Shown here: positions 54,282 through 64,000 of the stretch, one piece after another
How positions within the stretch are numbered: the stretch's first letter is position 1
Layout of the letters: every line of letters begins with the position of its first letter
NCBI GenBank assembly: GCA_002104905.1
Contig: MCFE01000396.1
Span: 1 to 64,000 of the forward strand
Length of the DNA stretch: 64,000 nucleotides
Reading direction: 5' to 3'
Source of the DNA: Basidiobolus meristosporus CBS 931.73
Taxonomy: Eukaryota > Fungi > Basidiobolomycota
Position numbers and translations under genes: made by a program
The notes under the pieces: generated by a model
What the model saw: the letters and a program-made list of their open reading frames with translations, nothing else
What the model was told of the DNA's origin: nothing
The model's database searches: none

Positions 54282-54455
54282 ATGGCCAAGAAAATTCAAG
54301 CTAAAGACTCTGGTAATGCCATCACCAAGTTCTTCAAGAACGAAATTTTTGCTGCTGACAAGCGCGCTGGAAACCTCAACGTAACATTCGGTGTGGCTGT
54401 TTTCGGTGCTAGCATCGCTCTCCTTCGTAACTTCGGTGATCTTCTTGCCGTTTGA
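54282..54455 (+). CDS. 57-aa single-TM protein, Tom6-like (below the ORF-track cutoff)
   Basis: MAKKIQAKDSGNAITKFFKNEIFAADKRAGNLNVTFGVAVFGASIALLRNFGDLLAV*. Codon use resembles highly expressed genes, context is ACACCATGG, and the C-terminal hydrophobic helix ends in FGDLL as in fungal Tom6. Confidence 0.6.
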   Translation: MAKKIQAKDSGNAITKFFKNEIFAADKRAGNLNVTFGVAVFGASIALLRNFGDLLAV

Positions 54456-55049
54456 ATTATCATCAAACATTTAGATTCGAGAAAAGCTCTTGGGTGGTAG
54501 TTCATATCTTCTTTGATTTGTGACACTCTCGAACGGACACGTTATTTGCATTTGTATGTTGTATCATTCTTCATTAAACAACCAAGCGAATTCCCATAGG
54601 ATTCGTGCATTTCGAAAATATTTATTCATTCGAACAATTTATACATATGAGCAGAGAAGGCCACCTTTTTATCAGCTGAACCTCAAGGTTAACAAGTTTC
54701 TCAGGTGGTATGCAAGGGGTCGTTCCAAATATACATGCTCAAGTAGATTATATATTGACCATGAGAAACTAGCTAACATATATACCACCACCGTCCTGAA
54801 TGAACAAGCAACTCAAATATTAGATTCGATTAGCATTGACATAATATGCTTCTATGCTCGGGTACGAAACAGCTAAAATTAAATCAAATCAATCATAATT
54901 GTGCAGATAAACAAACGTTATCTGCTTACAGAGATCTGGCAAAAAAAAACAAATTTTCTCGATTGGGAATAGCTCAACATGGTATTATATTAGAAGAAAC
55001 GTAAAGAAAAAATAAGAAGTCCATACCGTTGGTTTTTTGACAGCATAAT

Positions 55050-58000
55050 ATGGCTCAAGAAACGACGTCGGAAGAGTATGATTTTGATACTCTTCCAGAT
55101 TTCTCCACCAAGTATAAGCTTTACGAGAACACCTATGAGCTCACTCGCGACCTAACTACGGATCACATCGATGTAGTTGTCCAGGCGCTCCAACGTTTCC
55201 GTTATCAGTTGTCTCTAGACAATGAGGAATCCCTACGCGTATTTTTCAACTACTTGAGTGAATCACCGGAATGCGAGGAATTGTTTAAAATCTGGGATTT
55301 GCAGCAAAAGAATTCTCTCCCACAACTGGAGGTTATTATTGTAGACGTCTTGGCCAGAGTGATTCGACTTACAAATACGCCTATCACTCGAGCCAACGGT
55401 GTGAATATTGCCCGTAGGGTATTCAGAAATTACCTGAAGACAGTATATCGGAACTTGTCGTCTGGTAGAGTTGGTTTGATATGTGCCACTATTGAGTTGC
55501 TTACCGCTATGACGAAGCACACTCTACAAACCACCAGGGAGATGATCGATACGTTTAATTTCGAACTGAAGGCTCACTTCAAGCTGTTGAATATGAGGCA
55601 AAATCCCGATGTGGAATCGAAGAAACGCCAAAAGGACGTCCGTACGCTCTACATCAGATTTATTCTAGCATTTTTGGAGTGTGGAGATGCAAAGATGAAG
55701 GGTGAAGTGCTAGAGATCAAGGATTTCGTCAGCAGCCTTTTTAAGGGTCTATTCAAGGATTCCTACGAAGTGGTAGAGTATGTTCTTGGTGTATTTGAGA
55801 AACACATCGTTACAGACGGCGATGTTAAACGCTCCACTCTTACGAACTTCATGAACCAATACATTCTCGAACAACTTGTAAAGCTTTACGGAAGCAAAGA
55901 ATCTTTAGAAGGGGATGACACCAAAACTGTCCCTGATCTGGTCCATCAGTTCTTGAGACTTCTTTGTTGCACTCCCGGCGTAGGACTGTGCTTTCACGAT
56001 GCTGGGTGGTACCCATCGCACGTACTGTCCTCCTCCGACTCTGAAGGCGGCAAAGGTGTCCGTGTTCAGAACAGAGTGCTGCACAAATTTGTTAACACCT
56101 TAAGGCCCACTGATGATCTTAAGCAACAGGAGCTTGTCATTGGAATACTCCGGGCATGTCCTGAGCTAGTTCAACATTATTGGAACGCTTCACTCTTGAG
56201 TTTTGATCCGCGTCTGTCCTCCAAGTGGATCGCCAACATGAGTTTTCTACACAAAGTGATTGCACTTCCTGTCCCTAAGCTTGAGCTTCATTCTACTGGA
56301 TCCTTCTTGGCCAATCCTCCCCCGACTGGGAACATCGTGGAGAATATTCTGCCGGCTATCTTCAATCGGACTTTAGCAGGAAAATGTCTACAGCATACGA
56401 GTCCTTTGGTCAAGTACATGTCAACGTTGGTGCTCAATGTGGTATTCCGGAAGCTTCACGAAGTAACCAAGGCCATGAATGAGGTAGTCGAGGCTTTTGA
56501 AGAACCGTTCGGTAGTGCTACCGGTAAGGATTCCCAAAAAAAGCCACAGCAAATTAACGATCCAGCTAGAAAGTGGCGTTCCTCCATTCAAAGTGTTCGG
56601 GACGAAATCAAAAAACGAATTCCGGATTTCCAAATCATCATTTCTCTTCAACACTCCTGCTCAACAATGGACAAAAACTCACGAGCTAGCGGCGATGAAG
56701 AGGCAGCCGCTCGTGGAGAGATCCTTCACGAGTGTGTGCTCAGGCTGATCAAGTACTATCAGCACTTCCTTCCCGATATTGTTCTTGAATCGAAGTTTGA
56801 TTTTGGCAAACTGATCCCAGAGAATTTGAGTGTTCTCGCCGTGGAACTACAAATCCATGTTCTCGAGATGCTAAAAGACATTCCGGATTTCAAGTGGTCT
56901 GGCAAAGCACCAGGCGCTAGCCATTCTCACCTGACCTCCTTACTTGTGCTATATTTGTCCTCACCTTATGTTCAAATTCAAGACATCACCCAGGAGATTC
57001 TAGTCAAATTACTATCAGAATCGGTTCTATTTGAGCATAACAAATATGAGGTGACCAAGTGGTTAACTGCATTGCCCAAACAGTTGGGCAACAAGGGAGC
57101 TAGCTTGGAGGAAAACCAGTTGAGTGTATTGTCCTTCTTGGATGATGTTGTATTGCAGTGCTTGCGGACTCCATACAAATATGTCGACGATGTGAATGCC
57201 ATGCAAAAGCTCGCTACCGCCAAGTTGAGCACCACTACTGCCGACGAAAACCAGATGGTTGTTGACGGCGAAGGTGCTGGTTCCGACACTCTGGCCTATC
57301 CTTACAGTCCATTACTTTGCACTGCCTTTGAGAAATTGAGATACATGTGGAAATCCGAAAAAACGGATAAAAAAGCCCTGGTGTCTGTGGCTTACTTTGT
57401 AAATCGGTTGGTCGTTTCACTTGCCCACATTCAAATTCTACCGTACGCACTCTACGAAAGATTCAAGGTTCTCTGTGAAGATATCGAAATATCTTTGAAG
57501 GATTTCCACCAATCTGCCCAACTCCACGACGTCTCACAATGGAATGAAAAGGATTACATTGCCAACACCCTTTATTACCTATCTAGCCTGCTGTCTCCTG
57601 TGTACGACGAGAACACGCGATTTGTTTCCCAACACAAGCTTCCCAATCAGTTATCGCACTCATCGGACAAGAGCTGGGATAAGCGAGTTGACACTTTATT
57701 GAAATCTGAAAGTCTGGACGTAGAGCGTGCTCGGGAAGAATTCATTGGATTGCTTTCGGGAATGCCAGTTTCGGTCTTTGATAGATATCTGAGAGCACTC
57801 GCGAGTTACTGCCGAGATCGTTTGGATTGGCCAAACTTTGACCCTCTCACAGGGTATTGGGAGGCTCGACCAGTCGTAGATCTATCGATATTTGACCTGG
57901 ATTCCGTCATCAAAGCATCAAAGAAGCAAGGTCAAGATGATAGAATCATTCTTGATTTCCTTGGGCATCTTCCATTCTCCACACTGCTCAACCGTGTAAG

Positions 58001-61000
58001 CCCGACTATCATCAGTTCGTCACAGACTCTAGATATTTTATCTTCAGTCATCTCAAAAGCACCTGCCTGGTCCCTGCTTAATGATTTGAAGCAAATTTTG
58101 ACATCTATTTACTCTATGCTGATGCTCTCCAAGTCAACAAGCGAACAGCATAGTAGCACAAGATATTATATCTGCGCTAGTTACTATCTGGTTAAATGCA
58201 TTTTGGATAAGGCTAATGCTGAAGAATCCCATCAAGTCTTTGAACAATTCCTAGAAGCGGTGTTTGGACATTCTCTGGAAATCGACTTATACTTGGAGAA
58301 CCAAAAAACAGTTCATGGAGTGGAGCTTCAGAAGGAAGATCTTGGACAGTTCACCTACTCGATCAGTGAGCTTCTTTATCAGTTCACTTTAAGCAACGCT
58401 CCTGCATCTGCATCACGTTTCTGGGTTCCCTACAAGATCAAAGTGGTACAGGTTCTACTCGACGAGTTGCGATACATCGAGCTTAATCAAGAACCATCAA
58501 TTAATCCTGAGGCTGTGGTCCTGTTCTCCATGTTTTCTCCTGTTTGCGAAGAAAGCGTCTTGAGTAACATCATGAACAGTTTGATCGCGATCAACTACGA
58601 GTCCATCATCGCCTCCAAAGATGCCGAATCATTTATCCCAATCTTTGTTAGTCTATTGTCGATAACGCTAAGTAGCACCTCCTTCACCAAGCAATCGACT
58701 TCCCTTATCGAGCGTTTTGTTGAGATTTCGATTAAGCTCTTGAGTAAGTTCTCGTCCAACCAGCTCGATGGTATCCTAAAGAATTGTGTAGAGGCGTTTG
58801 TACCACCGCTTGGTTATAAGGAAGAAACAAACCCAACTCGTAATGATTTTGTGAGAGCCGAGAATCAATTGTTCTCACAAATCCCTGCTTCTGTTGGGGA
58901 GCAACTGATGGATTTGAGTTTAAGAAGCCTCAACGACACACGAAGCAAAATCCTCAACATGTTCATTCTTTCATCCGCAAAGTATAGATTGCGATTTGTT
59001 GAGTGGATGCTAGAAGTACTTGCCAAGAGTAATGCATTGGATCTTTCCATTTACATGGAATCAATTGCCACATTCTTGTTTGTGCTTGGAGGTTCAGACA
59101 GAATTGAAGAGATAAGACTGAACGCGTTTGTAACCAACAAGGACCGCCAGTTGCTAACTGTTCTTGGAGAAAAGCTCGGCGATGACTTGGTTCAGAAAGT
59201 CAGTGAAGCGCAAACAACCCCTTCTCAAAGCTCGCAATTTTCTCATCTTTCATACGAAGCCGTATTACTTGCGTATATTTTACAAACATCCGATTCTGCT
59301 ATCGCTAACCGCTTGAGCACCAGTGTCCTGGAGTCAAAATACGACAGCCTTACTCTGGATTCGCTGGTATTGGCGAGAATCGCTCTACGCAAGCAAGGAG
59401 CAGCCAATGCTGCATCAAGATACGTCGATTTCTGTCTTGAGACCGCTACTCCAGACTACGATTTTGTCGATGATGACTTCCAGGCTAAGGATGACTTCGA
59501 TAACTCTATCTTTGATCAACTGAATAGCCTTCTCAAGTTCTACTTCTCTCTTGATGGGTCTGATGTTAATAAGAAGGCCCTCACCAGATACGTAATCGAA
59601 TCTGTCAAGAGAAGGCTAACGTGTAGTGCACGTGTTCAATCTATAATTACTGCACTTGGAAAGCTTTCTGAAGTCGACAAATCGGCTTTAGTGGATGTAA
59701 TCGAAGCCATATTTGCACATCATCGTTTCGAAGAACTTTACCGCGAGGCAGCCCATGATCCCGAGAACTGGAAGGCTTTCAAACTTAGCGTGGTGCGTCT
59801 AATTCATGCAACAGTCGTGTTGAACCCAGTTGGTTGCTCCAATGTGGAGTATCTGCCCAAGCTGTTGGGAATGTACGGTGCCTCAACCTCCAGCATTGAC
59901 CGGTTGATTCTTCATGTTCTTTTTATGTATGAAGTGCACACCAAATCATCCATGGGCAGTGCTGCTTTGCTCTGGGGTGCGGAGTCGACGTATTTACGCT
60001 TAGCTCGTCAGCAGCTGACTGACTCGGCCATAATCTTGGAGTCCTTATCCCAACTAGATCCCATGAAAATGCTGAACTCCGCCAGACGTTTCCCAGTTGA
60101 TCAAAGCCTAGAGTTTTCCAAAGTCGCCACCTTCGAACAGCTGTGTCATGAGCCATCGGGCCCATCGGATCCTGTCTATGATCCTTCGTTTGTACTTCCA
60201 TTATTTGCTACACTTCATTCGTACGGTAATCAAATGGATTGCCGCAAGTTTATTGAAATTAACGGACTTGGGTACACTATTTCCTCGCTATCGTCTACAA
60301 AGCCAGAGATTCGTCGCATCGGATATTACATTCTCGACGAATTTTATGTCCTACTTGACACTGCCCAGTTCCGTGAAAAGCGACAAGTTACCCTACTGCT
60401 GGAAAGCTTCAAGAATGCCATCACCGACCGGGATACTCCTGCACGAGTGCCAGCCGTAGTTGTTGGCTTCATCACCCAAGCCCTGGCCGCCCTTCTTAAG
60501 CCAGACCATTTCATGTACCCATTGATTAACGGATTCCTCCTCCAGAGACCCATATTCGACCTAAACGACATCCCTCTATTCTACAACCTATTCAACTCCT
60601 CCGCTGACCAGTACAAAAAGGAACGCTTGTGGATGCTACGATTATTGGCTTCTGGCTTAACCCATGCCGAGGATTTCCGAGTGTACAAACGTCGTCACGC
60701 ACTTGACTTACTCATGGGGTATATGAACTCGCCTATCTGCGACTCGCTCCATCGTAAATTGATCTTTGAGACCCTGTTCCATGCGACTGCCATCCCATTC
60801 GTAGCTACGGACATGGTGGCCAACCATGGCCTGATAGCTTGGCTAAATTCGGTGGTTCTCAAGCACTCTACCCCAGGAAACGAAGTGATTGTTGCCACAT
60901 TCAGACTTGTACTAAGAGCCTGCTTGAATGCTGATGTGAAGCGACTAGAGTGGCAGGCACCAAGCTGGATTGAACAGGTTCTTAGTCTCTGTACATGCGG

Positions 61001-61466
61001 CCTACAACTGATCTCTGGTAAGTGTTATGAAGCGATGCCACAACCATCTTAGTAATTAACCGATAATATCTCACCTGTAGATCTTCCAGCCGGGACGGAG
61101 ACACCCTATCGTTACGCTTTGTTGAGTACCATCACTCAGATACTGCACTTCTTCGCTCTGGTTCAGCCAACGAAGACCACGCTTATGACATACCAGATAC
61201 AGCTCGCCACTCGAATTCTGGTTTCCCTGGAGGGCCACAACCAAGCCCACTCTTCCTCTAGCGATATCCGCTACATTGGCCGTACCGATGACCTCGGTTG
61301 GCTTTATCAAAGAGAGGGAATTGAACGGGCCAAGCTGGTCCAACAAATGTTCGAACTGGCGAACCTTGTCAAGGATCCCCAGTCCATTGTTCTCACTACA
61401 GCCAGGGATATATTCTACCATGGAAAGAGCGTAGACTGGATCTTAAAATGTAGACATAATCTATGA
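55050..61466 (+). CDS. URB1: Nucleolar pre-ribosomal-associated protein Urb1/Npa1, ~2117 aa, 2 exons
   Basis: Npa1 N-terminal region (RTLYIRFILAFL...SSLFKGLFKD) and NopRA1 region (YDPSFVLPLF...EINGLG...LNDIPLFY...KKERLWMLRLL). Intron 61018-61080. Confidence 0.92.
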
Positions 61467-61575
61467 ATGAGTAGTTCATTTTGTTTCATATATCGTTGAA
61501 TAAATAATAGACACATGGATTTATTTATATGGGTTGTTGTATGTACCAGAAGTTCATTTACAGGTTTTTACAAAA

Positions 61576-62046
61576 TCATCGGTCCCCTGCGATTTTGGGA
61601 GTGAGCGAAAATCGGACTGTTGCCTCGTACTCGTGCAATGCCTCATTGACGATGAATCCATGCACCAGCATATCGTCGAAGCTTTTGATGGAACGCAGTC
61701 TGCATCGGACCTCCTCCAGACCGTCACGTGGGATTGAGGTGTTCTTGACCGAGATCGTCCTTTTCTCATGTCGGGTTTCCCTGACTTCAGAAATGGTGTA
61801 CCACACGATCTCCACCTGTTCGGCAAATTTGGATTTCAGCGATTCACAGCGACGCTTGTCCTCGTCCAGGTGGATCGGAAATATCTGACCGAAACGCTTC
61901 TTGTCGACAGCCTTCGGTGGGGGATGTTTGAGGGTGTAGATGTGTGTGGGGTAGGAGTCGGCCAAGAAGATTTTGCCGTGACGTCGTGGCTTGGGGACAT
62001 GCTGGCTGGGTGGACTAGCAGGAGATGTGACTGGAGGTGAAGTCAT
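61576..62046 (-). CDS. Hypothetical protein, 156 aa, no recognised family
   Basis: Open frame with coding-like GC content in a gene-sized gap, convergent with URB1. An upstream exon could not be joined in frame. Confidence 0.45.
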   Translation of the reverse strand: MTSPPVTSPASPPSQHVPKPRRHGKIFLADSYPTHIYTLKHPPPKAVDKKRFGQIFPIHLDEDKRRCESLKSKFAEQVEIVWYTISEVRETRHEKRTISVKNTSIPRDGLEEVRCRLRSIKSFDDMLVHGFIVNEALHEYEATVRFSLTPKIAGDR

Positions 62047-62864
62047 GACCCATCTGTCTAGTGGGAATCTATCATTTCAGGAAAGCGAGGCTGCCTTATA
62101 TACCACATCCAAGAGCCAAGCGATCGCGAGGATTGGCTGATCTCTCTCACCGCCATTTGAGTCGTTTCTCCCTCCCCAGCATGCAATTTGTCCAGTAGCG
62201 ACTTTGTTTTCCTTGCTGCCAAGTCAAATGGGATGGATGCTCTCCACATCAGTGTCGCGACATCGTCAGATGCGCTCATCAAGAAAAATGCTTATTACTC
62301 CTCGACACAGCCAATTGTCCCGTACGTATGACTGTGCCAAGCATGAGGTTGCCCGCTAGGGCTCTGTACCATCACGCGTCCAATCATCTAAATCATCTGC
62401 ATGTGAAGCGGGACGGCGCGAAACCCTAACCCCAAGCTTAAATATTCCATATGGTCAGGAGTCCCATCATTTAAATCATCCTAATTATGGTAAAAATGCC
62501 CTGTTCAAGCAAATATCTCGATATGTGGTCAGTGGCTAATCCGCCCATGATGCTCGATTACATCGATAATGATCCCGACAAGGCTAAATGGGATCGATGC
62601 TGAATGGGGAATTCTCAGGTTTCAGGTGAATCTGGAAGATTTCCCTGGCCCGTTGATGCCTTCATATGAGAGAGCCGTTTCAGTGATCACTAAGGAAGAT
62701 TTAATGACGGCCAGATTTATATATGGAAATGCAATAGATGGTTCCGTCCATATTTCGCCAAATCCCATCTCATTTCCACCAAAACGAGACACTTTGTGTG
62801 AAGCGAAAGCTATTTAACCTTCGGACCAACCGTTTCCCCCTTAAACAACCTCCCTCTATCTATC

Positions 62865-63928
62865 ATGGCCCTGGCAAAGGTACTTAACCTTGGTTTCGAA
62901 GTCCTCCTCGAGAGAGACACCATCCTGAATGGCTTCGACGTCGACACGCGAGTCAACAACTACATCCGTGGGAAAGTTCTCCTGCACCCCAAGATCAGGA
63001 CCAACCTGACTGAGCTCAACCTGGTTCTGGAAGGCAAATTCTCCGTGCAATCGCTTAAAGGTGGGTGATGGCGTGATGCCGTTGGTTCCCGAGTGCTTTC
63101 GCTAACTGATTAACTCCAACAGGTTTCAAACGGATTGAAAAGATTATCATCGAACAGAAGGTGACTCTATCGGAGCCACAGACGGAAGGGGTCCCTCTCA
63201 CTCCCACTTGCCATGAGTATCCCTTTGAACTCTGCCTCCCTGGGGATCTTCCTCCATCGTTCCGGGGGAATTACGGTCAGCTCACCTACACCGTCCGCGC
63301 TTTGGGGACCTTGTCCAGTCACTGGTCGCTATCGTACATCAAGGCTGAGCGGGACCTGCAGATCTTCCGGGATATGCGGCCCCTGTATGATACCTATCGA
63401 ACCCAGTTGTCGGGCAATTGGATGGATTCCATCGAATACAATGCCTCCTTCTCCACAAATACCTACAAACCTGGAGACGTCATTCCCATCACCTTCAAAT
63501 ATCACGTGAAGGACCAGAATATCCGCATCAACCATATCATCGCGTTTCTTCGGGAGTCTAGCGTGTATCGTATGCCCTCGGATGAGCACACTAGCGGACA
63601 CATCATCCGCGAAGACCGCGAGACCATTGATCTTAACGGGGACTACAGCGAGGGGTTCTACGACGGGGAGTGCCAGTTGGACCTCCAGATCCCCACGAAC
63701 CTGCTCAGCTACGATTGCCTCACGGAGTACGGTCAGATCACCCACAAGATCAGCTTTCGTATTGACTACGTGCTGAACGGGAGCATCAACCATTTCAGTG
63801 TTGCCATCCCCGTCGCCATTCTACCCACCAGCCTGACCGAGCTCTTGGACACTCACGTGGACGAGCAGCTTCCCATGTACGACGTCATCGCTCCCCCACC
63901 ATCGTACTGCCAGATCGAGGTCTCCTAA
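62865..63928 (+). CDS. Alpha-arrestin (ART family) with C-terminal PY motifs, 2 exons
   Basis: IRGKVLL, HEYPFELCLPGDLPPSF.G.YG.LTYTVRA, YKPGDVIPITF, ITHKISFRI...IPVAI, then LPMY and PPPSY. Intron 63061-63122. Confidence 0.88.
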
Positions 63929-64000
63929 TGGGCGTGCTGGTGCTCGCCCATTTTATGTCTGCGCTCATTTGTAAAAAACAATGCATCATTTGTACATCTT

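Overview
Eukaryotic, fungal genomic DNA. Introns are short (about 50-80 nt, mostly GT-AG with CTAAC-like branch sites). An early-diverging lineage such as Zoopagomycota or Mucoromycota is my inference from intron density and gene content. The window has two parts. (1) About 1-13.3 kb is an accessory, repeat-shaped region. It holds a tandemly duplicated histamine-N-methyltransferase-like gene (one copy frameshifted, one internally deleted, with a 99%-identical converted core). It also holds an intronless agmatine deiminase sitting between two AT-rich, nearly CpG-free blocks that carry five copies of a ~320-bp repeat. (2) About 13.8-64 kb is a gene-dense core region: a CaaX-terminated A/E/K/T/V repeat protein, MET13, a catalytically degenerate ZNF862-like hAT-derived gene, RPP2, MRP49-like, RPS15, a RAX2 with a C-terminal SH3 domain and two frameshifts, GEMIN5-like, a stand-alone XMAP215/ch-TOG C-terminal-domain gene, a group-1 truncated haemoglobin, an ArfGAP flanked by a flavodoxin-like quinone reductase and its inverted half-copy, COX6, mitochondrial IleRS, RAD23, DUF4112, CEX1/SCYL1, a 57-aa TOM6-like ORF, URB1, an orphan ORF and an alpha-arrestin. 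I saw no rRNA, tRNA or CRISPR array. All homology calls come from motif recognition by eye, not database searches, and exon boundaries and identities were worked out manually.
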